Source of the DNA: the human T2T-CHM13v2.0 reference genome, Homo sapiens
Strand: one strand, 5' to 3'
Assembly: GCF_009914755.1 (NCBI RefSeq)
Contig: NC_060933.1
DNA: 64,000 bases
The position numbers and the translations under genes are program-made. Position 1 is the first letter of the stretch; the number at the start of each line of letters is the position of its first letter. Shown piece by piece: positions 35,935-47,390 of this stretch. The notes under the pieces were generated by a model that saw only the letters and a list, made by a program, of their open reading frames with translations, did no database searches and was not told the DNA's origin.

Positions 35935-36050
35935 TTTTAGATTGTAAACCATCTGGAAACACAATCCATGTGTGTTTTGTTCACCATTCTATTTCTAGTG
36001 CTTAGCACAGTGCTTTATATCTAGTGCCCAATAAATTTTTTTGAATAGGA
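35935..36050 (+). mobile_element. L2 3' end fragment
   Basis: AGATTGTAAACC ... TTTTGTTCACCATTCTATTTCTAGTGCTTAGCACAGTGC ... CAATAAATTTTTTTGAAT. Confidence 0.7.
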
Positions 36051-36379
36051 ATGTCTGGGACATTGTAGGAATTGAATATTTATTCTTTCAAAGAAGAAAT
36101 GGACATTGATTAATATTCTAAGCATGATGAAGTTGGAGCATTGTTATCTTCCTTTGTTCAGAAGAAACAGTAGGATTTCTCTGTAAAATTCAGAACCCTG
36201 AGGCTGGGATTAACTCATCCTGTAACCCAGGCATTGAAACCATTTCAATTTATTACTGAGCGCAAATCTCAAGAAAATCAAGAGGTTTTTTTTCTTATAA
36301 GGGTATCTAAAATATTCTGATCCGGAATGTTAAAATATTTTTGACTTGGTATTAAGAATTAGATCTTAAAACTTCTTTC

Positions 36380-37250
36380 TCCTGTATTCATAACAGCCCT
36401 CAAAATTTTCTCCCTGCCTCCAGGCTTGCTTCACTGCACTTCATCCTTCACACGCCTCCAGTGTAACCTTGCTAAAACTCAGATTTGATCAGGTCACTTA
36501 CTCTTCCATTCCAAAGTTTTCTGTGGTTTATAATTCATGCCTTACCATGGCAGTAAACACCCTTCACCCTTCTATTTTTTTCAGTCTCATCCAGACCAGG
36601 CCTCTTTACCCACAGATGCCATCCATGTGCCCACGCTCCAGCCATTCTACATATTTTACCAATCCTGAACCCCTACATACCTTTTCCTTGCTCTTCTGTT
36701 TTACATGTTCCTTTCTTTATTTTTGGCTTGGCAGTATCCAACTCTTCTGTCAAAATCTAGTTTAAATGCTACCTTCCCTGGGAAGCTTTTCTTGACTCAT
36801 CCAGATAGAATTAATCATACCTTCTGTGTTCCTATACCTTTAATATAGAGTGTAACAGATGGGAGTGAAAGTTTTGGAGTCAGAAAGATGTACTTTCCAA
36901 TTCTGGTTTTCCTGCTTACCATGACCTGAGCACAACACTTAAGGTCCCTGAGCCTCATATTTTTCACCTATAAAATGGGTATAATATCGACATATTACAA
37001 TTGCAATGAAGATTAACTGTGATCATTATAAAGAATGTTTAGCATAGTTTGGCTAGTCAAAACTCAAAGAAAGATACTTACATTATTTTTATCATCTTAT
37101 TATTATTTCATCATGTATGACCATCTGATTTTTGGATAATGTCATACCTGCATAATCTACTAGATTTTGAGTCATTAAGATAGGTCTATCATATTCACAT
37201 TTTATTTATAGTGCCTAACACAGTGTCTGACTTACTGACAGTGTCATCTC
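36380..37250 (+). mobile_element. L2 fragment interrupted by a MIR (~36855-37105)
   Basis: L2 motifs (AAATGCTACCTTCCCTGGGAAGCTTTTCTTGAC; GTGCCTAACACAGTGTCTGAC) flank a MIR core (TTTGGAGTCAGA ... CCCTGAGCCTCA ... CTATAAAATGGG). Confidence 0.7.
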
Positions 37251-38860
37251 AGTGCTTATCAAGTCCATTAGCCTTTGATACAAGATTTCCTAGGCTTTTT
37301 TGTGAAAATGTACCAATATATATCTGTTGATTTGTGTATGAAATCATGTGTATTACTTTAACAATATAAATACATGTGATGCTATCAATTGTTCTTTGTA
37401 ATTTTGCCACAATAATCCTTGAAAAAGCAGAAACAGAAGCCAATTTCTTTTTACCTCTTCTTCACTCGAAAGTATAAAATTAACATGACTTCAAAAGGCT
37501 TACAGAAAATAATATATTAAGTCTCATCTAACCTGTATTTCCAGCAACATACCTACCAGAGGTAGCTTGAGCTGAAATTGCACTGAAACTCCTAAGTGAT
37601 TTTGTTCACCCAATTCAATTGCTATTTAGGTATCTGCTATCCCCAGTTCATTGGGAAAGCAGTATGGAACAAGATAACACAAAAAGCTTTCTTTCTAGTT
37701 CAATTAAAATAAACAGTGACATATGTCCTGCTGAAATAACAACTAAACAATAGCATTAAAAGCACCTAAGATATCTAAATGGGACAAGTATTTGTGATGT
37801 CATTTCCTAATTCTGACTACATCATGTGGGTGCCTCCAGTCCCCAGGAAATTAACCCCCACTTTGCCACCAATGTAATCATTTTGGCTTTGTGACTACCC
37901 AGCTAAAACTCTTCCATATTTGCACATTTCTGGCTTAAAGCATATAGTCCAAACTTTTAGCGTGGCACAAAAAAACCTTGCTGAAATCCCAACCATACCT
38001 ATTTTTATAGCCTCGCTTATCACATCTTATTCATACCGCTTATATTCCAGCCACATGAAAATTGTCTCCTTGAACTTCCAGTATCAACTTCACATGTAAA
38101 AAGCTTAGAAGTCTTCACTCCTGTTCTTAAAACAAGTAAAACCTGCAAAAACTGAAAATCAATGACTTTTCTTGGAACCCTCAGAGAACTGAGATTGCAG
38201 AGCCAACTGTAACCCTGAAATCTAGAGAAATAAGCTCATTCAGGGAAACACAGCTGAGATCCTCTTATCTGAAGCAGAAACCCACTGGAGCCATAAACTG
38301 AAAGGAACACTTAAATGGTAATTTTGGTGAACTGCTGAAAGGTGAGGGTGAACCATCATTATAGAGGGACAAACCCCTGGAGGCTGGAGGCTTGGGGCAT
38401 TAGGGGACGTATTTTCACAGGTTTTACTATCCAGAAACCCAGCAAGATCTTCACTGTTAACTGTGATCATTATAAAAAATGTTTAGCATGGGGCTTGACT
38501 AGTAAAAACTCAGAGAAAGGTATTTACATTACTTTTATCATTTTATTATTGCATTATTTATCACAATCTGATTGATATTACAGATAAGGTCATGCCTGCA
38601 TAATTCACTAGGTATTGTAAAGTCTAGAACAACAAACAAAATTTATAAAGAATTATAATTGAGATGCTGGGAAGAGAGAAAATGAAAATATAAATAGTTA
38701 ATTAAAACAAGAAAAACAGAAAAAGAGGAAGTAAAAGAAACAAGAAGGGGAATGAATAGAAGGCAGATATGTGCACAGTAGATATTAACTCAACTAAATT
38801 AATTATCACTTTAAATATGAATGGTCTAAATACACCAACCAATTAAAAATGGAGACTGTC

Positions 38861-39167
38861 GACCAGGCGCGGTGGCTCACGCCTGTAATCCCAGAACTTT
38901 GGGAGGCTGAGGCGGGCAGATCATGAGGTCAGGAGATCCAGAGCATCCTGGCTAACACGGTGAAACCCAGTCTCTACTAAAAATACAAAAAATTAGCCCG
39001 GCGTTGTGGCGGGCGCCTGTAGTCCCAGCTACTTGGGAGGCTGAAGCAGGAGAATGGCGTGAACCCGGGAGGCGGAGCATGCAGTGCCGAGATCGCGCCA
39101 CTGCACTCCAGCCTGGGCGACAGAGCGAGACTCCGTCTCAAAAAAAAAAAAAAAAAAAAAAAAAAAC
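38861..39167 (+). mobile_element. AluY (CpG-rich)
   Basis: Y diagnostics, many CpGs retained, long A-tail. TSD ...GGAGACTGTC (ending 38860 / 39181). Confidence 0.97.
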
Positions 39168-40842
39168 AAAAGGAGACTGTCAGAGTGGATAAACAAAATA
39201 AAATCCAACCTCGTATTGTTTACAAGAAAACTACATTAAGTACAAAGACACAGATAAATTAAAAATAAAGAGATGGAGAAAGATATACCTTGCTAACACT
39301 AATCAAAAAAAGCTGGAGGTATATTAATTTCTGAAAAAGCTAGCTTCAGAAAAAGTAAGACTACTATGGAAAAGAAAAGCATTAAATAATGATAAAGTGA
39401 TCAATTCTTTGAAACGGCATAATAATCCTAACTGAAGACAACAGCAAAACACATGAGGCCAGAACTGATAGAACTGCAAGGAGAAATAGAGGAATCCACT
39501 GTTATAGTCAGAAACTTTTAACATACCTCTGTAGGTAATAGATCAAACAGGCAGAATATAACAGTAAGGATACAGATGACCTTAACAACGCTATCAATCA
39601 ACTTGTTCTTTTGACATTTATAGAATACTTCATCCAATAACAGCATAATACACATTTTTCTTCAGCTCATAGTCACCAATATATTCTGGGTCATAAAACA
39701 CATCTTAACAAATATGGAAGAATAGATACCCTACAAAGTTTGTTTAAAGACCACAATGGAATTAAACAAGAGATAATAATAAAAAGATAGCTGGAAAATC
39801 CCCCAATATTTGCAAATTTAACAGTAGACTTCTAAATAACACAAGGGTTAAAGTAGCAAGATAAATTTTAAAAATAATTTTAACATGAAAATGAAAATTA
39901 AACTTATACCAATATCTGTGGGATTTAGCAAAAACAGTTCCTAAAGGTAAAATAATAGCACTAAATATACTTATTAGAAGAGAAGAAAGGTATAAAATCA
40001 GTAATTTAATATTTTTTCCATGAGAAACTGGGGAAATGGTAATTTAAGTATAAGCAAGCAAATTAAATTAAAAACAGAAAAATAATAGAAAAAAATCAAT
40101 GAAACCAAAAACTGGTTCTTTAAAAAGATCAATAAAATTTATAACCAAAAAAAGGAAAGACACAAATGAACAAGGTCAGAAAGGAGGATTCATCTCTACT
40201 GATCCTATGATATTAAAAGGATAATAAAAGAATACTATGAACAACACTATGCCCACAAGTTGGATAACTTAGATAAAATTAGACCAATTCCTCGAAAGAC
40301 AGAAACTACTAAAGCTCATACAAGGAGAAACAGATAACTTGAAAAGTTCCATGTCTATTAAAGAAATTGTATCAATAATCAATAAAATTCAAAAAGGAAA
40401 GCACCAAGCCCACATAGTTTACTATGAATTCTGCCAAACATTTAATGACGAAATAATATCAATTCTTCATTTTTTTTTCTGAAAAATAGCAGAGGGAAGG
40501 CTTCCTAATTTATCTCATAAGGCCAACATGGCTCTAATATCAAAACCAGATTTAAAAAATCACAAGATAGAAAACTACAGATCAATAACTTCTATAAGCT
40601 AGACACAAAATCCTCAATAAAATATTAGCAAATTGAATCTAATAATGTATAATGATAATAATTAAACACCACAACCAAGTAGAGTTCATTCCAGTTATGC
40701 AAGCATGATTCAACATTCAAAAATTAGTGTAACCATCACATCAACAGGCTAAGGAAGAAAAATCATATGATTATATCAACTGACCTCAAAAAAGGCATGA
40801 CAAAATCCAACATCCATTTATGCTTTTAAAAAAAGAACACAG

Positions 40843-41365
40843 TGTGAAGGTTAATATTAGGTGTTGACTTGATTGGATTAAGGAATGCCTAGATGGTGTG
40901 TGAATCAGTAGGTTGGGAGAAAAAAATTTCCCCTCAATGTGGGTGTTCACCATCCAACCCACACTGCCTACTACTGAGGTGAGAACAAAGCAGGCCAAAG
41001 AGGGGGCATATTCATTGTTGAACTTCTCTCTCTCTCTTTCTGGAGGGGGATGCTTTTTCTCCTTCTGCCCTTGGACATCAGACTCCAGGTTCTTTGGCCT
41101 TTGTACTCTGGAACTTGCATCAGTGGCTTCCCAGGGACTCTCAAGCCTTTGGCCTCAGACTGAGGGGCTGCACTGTTGGCTTCCCTGGTTTTGAGGGTTT
41201 GAGGCTAGGACAAACCCATGTTACTGGATTTTCTCATTCCACAGCTTACAGATGGCCTATTGTGGGACTTCACCTTTGTAATCATGTGAGCCAATTCTCC
41301 TCAATAAACTCCCTTTCGTGTGTGTGTGTGTGTGTGTGTGTGTCCTGCTTGTTCTGTCCTTCTGA
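40843..41365 (+). mobile_element. MLT2A (MLT2A2-like) ERVL solo LTR
   Basis: Start TGTGAAGGTTAATATTAGGTGTTGACTTGATTGGATTAAGG. Body includes CCTTGGACATCAGACTCCAGGTTC and CCTATTGTGGGACTTCACCTTTGTAATCATGTGAGCCAATTCTCC ... AATAAA. (TG)n at 41318-41343. Confidence 0.9.
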
Positions 41366-41553
41366 CTGTGGAGCCCCAGCTATTACACTCACAACTTAGG
41401 AATATAGAAGAGAACATTCTCAGCTTGATAAAGAACACCTACACAAAACCTACAACCAAACTTATACTTAATGATGACAGATTTGATGTTTACCCCACCA
41501 AGATCAGGAATGAGGCAAGGGCATCCGATCCCACCACTCCTGTTCAATATCTT

Positions 41554-41745
41554 TTTTTGTTTGTTTTGAACAACTAGATTTATTTCAAGCCATTTTAAAT
41601 GCTTATCAAATCAACTGTAAAATGTTAAAACCTGGGAGATTTTATTCACCAGCTGAAGGACTCATCATTACTATCTTAAAAAACAGCAATGAATAAGCAA
41701 ATTAGAAACAAACAAAAACCGAACACAACAAAACAAACAGCAAAT
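41554..41745 (-). pseudogene. Short retroposed polyadenylated fragment (truncated processed pseudogene 3' UTR or orphan 3' transduction), source unknown
   Basis: 13 bp TSD TGTTCAATATCTT (41541-41553) / TGCTCAATATCTT (41746-41758), T-tract to 41567, minus-strand AATAAA at 41579-41584. L1 ORF2 sequence resumes after it. Confidence 0.75.
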
Positions 41746-43844
41746 TGCTCAATATCTTAATAGAAGCCCTAGCTTGTGCAATATAATCAGAGAAAAATAT
41801 AAACAGATACATATTGGAAGGGGAGAAATGAAACTGTTATTATTTGACATGATTATCTATGTAGAAAAACCCCCAAAGAATCTACAAGGAGAGAAGGCTG
41901 AAATGATCCATATTGTAATAGATTAGGGTGGGAGACATCAGTCTGAACTCATTTTTAGCTCAGTATTGACACAAATGGTTGCATACAGAGATGTTTATAA
42001 ATATGTGTATTTACATGAGTTAGTTTTCAGATGTATATTTCCTTCTTTGTCAGCTGAAAAGCCTTAGAAGCAATAACATTCCAGTAGCAACAAGCACACC
42101 TATATCCAGATCTTGATTTCTGATACAATAAAAAGAACCAGAAATTCTTGGAGAAATGGCCTCAAGCAGGAAATAGATGAGATAAGCCTGGACCATCCAA
42201 TAGTGCCAGAAAGTAAGTATGCAAAAAACCACAATGAGGGGTAGGTCAAAGTGATACAGAAACCAACTGAAGAGTTCTTATTGACCAAAGCTGGAACAAT
42301 GTAAGCAACAAAATAAATTATTGGATCATAAACCAAAGTATAAAATAAGCACCCATGGGTCAATACTGGTTTATATAAATGACTGAATAAATAAATGGGG
42401 ATAAACAGACAAATCTCCCATGCAAAAGAATTCAAAGTTATTTATAGAATAACTATTTCACTCTAAAGAAGGTTGAGCGTAACTCCTCACTCCTTGAGTA
42501 GGACTGTGCATGTTGACTTTCTTACAAAGAGTACAGTAATGGAAGTAGGGGTTGGAGGGGAAGAAACTTTACAGTGAAAAACCCTGACAAACACTGCCTC
42601 AGCTGGATGATTAAGGTTAATATCAAGAGTGATATATCATATTGGTAATATATACCCTTGATACGAAGTGATAATAATAGCGCTCTACCTCTGTGATCCT
42701 CCTCTCAAAAGGCCGTAACTCCAGTCTATTAGAGAAAAATATTAGGCAACCCGCAACTGAGGGACACTGTACAAAATGCTTGACAAGTATTCATCAAAAA
42801 TGTAAAGGTCATCCAAAACAAGGAAATCTCAGACACTTTCACAGCCAAAAGGAGCCTAAGGAGATATTATCACTAAATGTCATATCATATCCTAGATTGG
42901 ATCCTGGACCCGATAAAAAGACACTAGGTAAAAATTATGGAAATCAGAGTAAAGTATTGACTTTAGTTAGTAATAGTCAATATTTTTTCATTAATTATAA
43001 TTGTATTATGCTAATGTAATATTAATACAGGAATCTGGATGTGGGGTATATGTGGGAACTCTCTGTACTATCTTCACAATATTTATGTAAATCTAAAACT
43101 ATTCTAAAATAAAAAGCCTATTTTAGAAAAAAAGGTGACAATTTAAAAATATTTTTAACACAGCATATTCTTCTCACCTCTCCTCATTGTGATATTTCCT
43201 TGGCGAGACATAAGCCTCCTTCTCCATTTGACAAAATCTGAGACATGGCTTCTTCTACAGAGTCATCTTCAACCTCTCCAGACAGTGTTCATTTTCTCTC
43301 CTTCTCTTGATGCCAAGGCAATTATCTCATAACAATGTAATCATATGCTTGCCTTTTTCCACTGTAGGCTGAGCTCTCTGTGGCCTCCACAATGTCTTCG
43401 TGTTCTCTCTAATGCTACTCCAGCAAAATGCTAAACGTAATAGAGTCACTCAATTCATGTTTCTTGCCTAAACAAAAGATCATTGTTTGTAATGCTTTGG
43501 CATTTTTTAAGTTCACATACATGATTTTCACACATTCATCCTAGTCACCTTGTGTGTTGACAGTCAACTGCTTTTGCCATTTATAAATGAGTAAATTAAA
43601 ACTCAGAGAGTGGAAAACATTATTCCTAATTTACACAACTTCAAGCGCTGGAAAAATAAAAGCATTTATTTCAGTTCTAATGATTCTACATCTACTTTCC
43701 TTCATCATGTATAAATAGAAGGGTAGGGCTTTTCACCTGGGGTACAATTTTGGGACCGTACACTGCTATCTCTGATCTTGGGCAAGTCACTAAATCCAGG
43801 TGACCCTCAAAGTTCTCATACATTTTAACAGGAACTAATGATAA

Positions 43845-43960
43845 CATATATGCTTTATATATATTTGCACATATATATGCATATATACACACATATATAT
43901 GCACACATATGTATACATACATATACACACACATATATATACACACACACACACACATAT
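43845..43960. repeat. (TA)n/(CA)n compound microsatellite
   Basis: Read directly. Confidence 0.9.
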
Positions 43961-46031
43961 GCCACAGTCAATGTGCTCTATTTGGGCCAAAACATGGGCT
44001 CTTTTTTGGAGTTATCCTCCTCTTTAAAATATAAGCCCAATGGCAAGAAACCAGTCATCTATTCAAGATGGCCATTTGGACTATATGACCTCTAAGTTCC
44101 TTTCCACATATTTTCTTTTATAGTCTTTATTTTCTTTGCAGTCCCCAAGTAGTGCAGCATACAACATCAGAGTTTCAATAAAGGCTGGCTGACTGAAGCT
44201 TTCAAACTCCCAACACAATCACGTTTATGTTGCCAACTTTTATTCAGTTTGTGATTTATGGGCATATGGAGTGTTTTGCATCCCAGAGTTTCCTCTTTTG
44301 AGTCATGATTTGCAAATGGATATAATAACCCATAAACTGATATCAGCATCAAAACAGAGCCATCCAACTCGAGTAATAGATGGCCTTCAGAGGAAAAAGA
44401 CACTAGCCCATTAGGAAGAGCACAAACAACAAGCAAGCGAGTGTGAACAACAGCCTTCATAAAGTCAGTTTCTCAGTTCATTCCACACATTCTGTCCATT
44501 CTAAGATAATGTGTGTGACAAGGGCACAATCTAATCAGACTCTCACTCTCCCTTGGCAAGGCAGGCTTGCAACAATAGACTAAACCTCAGCCCTGCCAAC
44601 CCCAAATAGGCATGCCAGTCTGCCTCATTCCAGATTTGTGGCTTGTCTCCACAAAGTAATAGTGATTCTCTTGTCTGTACCAATTGCAGGCTGCAGATGG
44701 GTAGCCTAATGCTGTAATTTCGGACTAAATTCTCCACAGATGAACTGGAAAATTTCCTCACTCATTCAGAAATATGCCAGCCAGCTGTCAGATCTCCAGG
44801 ACTCCCTCACTTGCCCAGATCACCAATGAACAGACGGCGTTCACCACAATGATTAGGCTGTGTTTTCAGTTCAAATCTTTTTCTCCTAATTATTTAATCT
44901 ATTTTTCTTTCTTCGAAGAGTCTGGAGAATGGTCATTGGAAATTTCTTAACCAGAGGAATCTTTAAGAAAGCAACCGAGAAAGCTGCTTTTCTCAGTTTT
45001 TTATCCCTTGGGATCAGGGATAAAAAAGTGTATGTCTATGAGCTGTTCACTGGCCATGACCCCATTCCATGCCAATCATTCTTCCAAGGTACCCAGTAGA
45101 GGACACCTTTTTTGTGCCAATAGAGACAGGGAATAGGGAAGCAGATGCCTGCTAACTACTTGACTGCCACTACCCATAAAGGATACAACATAATTTTAGG
45201 GGACTCCAAAAGCCAATATACAACATTTAAGAACAAGAAATAAGTGATAAATGTATACAAAAAGTATGAAAGAAGAAGCAATTTTATTTTCATTTATAAG
45301 ATATGAGAACATTGCTCAGTCTCAAATGTCTTTTTTGACTTCCCATGTTTAAATGAATAAAGAGAACTTTAAAACATCACCTACGCTTAGGTTTTATTGT
45401 TGTTGCTTGGTAGAATTTTTTCTTCCTTTAGCATTTGATCTGTGTACAATTCGTTCACAAACATCTGAGAGTGTCCATTCACATGGTCTTTCTCTATGGA
45501 GTGAAGATTTTGACAAATCCAAAAATTCTTTCTGAATGTGTTTCTCTCAGGGCTCTTCCTTGCCAATTATTAGTCTAAATGATTCACTCACAGATACCTT
45601 CCCAGGGAGCCCAAGTTTGGGGGTTAAATAGACTAAAATCCAAAACCTGGCTCTGTCATTTACAGTGCGCAAGACATTTGGAAACTTATTTAACTTTTCA
45701 TAGCCTTAATTTCCTCATCTTACAGAGTTATTGTGAGGCCTCTGCACATGCTGTCAAGCCCCTGCCAAAAACTCCCCAATGACTTCCCACAGAAACTATA
45801 TAGAGTCTACCAGGCCTGTTAAATCTGGCCGCTGCCTACATTTTTCAATCCCATCTCATTCTAGTCTCTTCCTAACACAACATGTCAAGGACTCTGGCTT
45901 ACTTTCTGTTTCTTAAACATGCCAAATACTTGCCTCTCTCACAGCCTTCTCACATCCTGTCTTCTCTACCTGAATTTCCTCGCTCCCTGTACCAGGGCTA
46001 GTTTCTTAACCTCCAGGTTTCATCGCTAGTA

Positions 46032-46178
46032 TAGTGATGCCTTGAATAACAAAGTTCCCATGAAGGACAGACCACATATGCAACAGTGGTCACATATGAT
46101 TATAACAGAGCTAAAATTCTTATTGCTAGTATGCCTTATACTATGCTTTTTATTGTTTTAGAGTATACTCCTTCTATG

Positions 46179-46217
<39 letters not shown>

Positions 46218-47390
46218 CACATATATATGTGTATATATATTTTTTTTATATATATATATATATATATTTATATATTTAGAATTAACCATAAAACAGCCTC
46301 ACGTAGGTCCTTCAGGACATATTCCAAAAGAAAGTGTTGTTATCATAGGACATGACAGCTCCATGTGTGTTATTGCCCCTGACGACCTCCCAGTGAGACA
46401 AGGTATGGAGACTGAAAACAATGATATTGATGATCCTGGCTCTGTGTAGGCATAGACTAATGTGTATGCTTGTGTCTTAGTTTTTAACACAAAAAGTTTC
46501 AAATGTAAAAATAATTAAAAATAAAAATGTTTTTAAACAGAGAAAAGCTTACAGAATAAACATATAAAAAAAGAAAATATTTTTGTACAGCTGTACAATA
46601 TGTTTGTGTTTTAAGCTAAGTGCTATCACAAAAGAGCCAAAAAAGTTAACATAAATTTAAAAGTTTATAAAGGAAAAAAGCTACAGAAATATAAGGTTAA
46701 TTTAATATTGAAGAAATATTTTTTTATACATTTAGTGTAGCCTAGTAGTACAGTGTTTATAAAGTCTACAGTGGTATACAGTAATGTCCTAGGCCTTCAC
46801 ATCCACTCACCATCACTGACTCACCCAGAGCAACTTCCAGTCCTGCAAGCTCTATTTATGGTACGTGCTCTTATATGTGTGTGCCATTTTTTATCTTTTA
46901 TACTGATTTTACTGTACATTTTCTATGTTTAAATATATTTAGATACGTAAATACTTACCATTGTGTTACAGTTGCCTACAGTATACACACTCTTTTGAAT
47001 CTAATATCCTAGGAATGTGTCTGAATAAGTAATTTTAGATTTTCACACAATAGTTCCAATGTGTAAGAGAGTAATCAGGTAAAGAAAGAGAAAATGAAGA
47101 GACTGTGCCTGGGTTTAATCTCTATATAAAGGAGGCAGCAACATGAAGACTCCAGAGGAGTATTAAGGGGCTCATAGCACTTATATTCATAGTAAACAGG
47201 GACAGATAGGAGCTAACATTTATTAGGCATAACAGTAACATACTGTAAAGGTTTGTAGGCTAGGAGCAATAGGCCATACCATATAGCCTAGGTGTGTAGT
47301 AGGCTACGTCATCTAGGTTTGTGTAAGTTCACTCTATGATGCTCACATAATGACAAAATTGCCTAAGGATGCATTTCTTTGAATGTATAC
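46032..47390 (+). mobile_element. Tigger3b (MER7B) TcMar-Tigger DNA transposon fossil with internal microsatellite and foreign insert
   Basis: Start after TA resembles CAGTCATGC...GGACCGCATATACGACGGTGGTCCCATAAGATTATAA. Internal GTAATGTCCTAGGCCTTCACAT and CTAGGAGCAATAGGC...CCATATAGCCTAGGTGTGTAGTAGGC. Right TIR incomplete. Strand follows the recalled consensus orientation. Confidence 0.9.
46181..46278. repeat. (TG)n(TA)n compound microsatellite
   Basis: Read directly. Confidence 0.93.

Larger units (their letters stand above)
38070..43135 (+). mobile_element. L1MD-like element with internal deletions: 5' end 38070-38456, ORF2 part ~38625-41890, 3' end ~41890-43135
   Basis: L1MDa-like 5' end (CATGTAAAAAGCTTAGAAGTCTTCACTCC ... 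AACTGAAAATCAATGACTTTTCTTGG), degenerate ORF2, and L1MC/MD 3' UTR ending TGGGAACTCTCTGTACTATCTTCACAAT ... GTAAATCTAAAACTATTCTAAAATAAAAAG. Confidence 0.85.

Noticed and set aside
41655-41672. Minus-strand ATGATGA (box C-like) in the retrocopy, suggesting a snoRNA
   Set aside because: No downstream box D (CTGA) or terminal stem on that strand. AATAAA plus tail fits a Pol II 3' end better.
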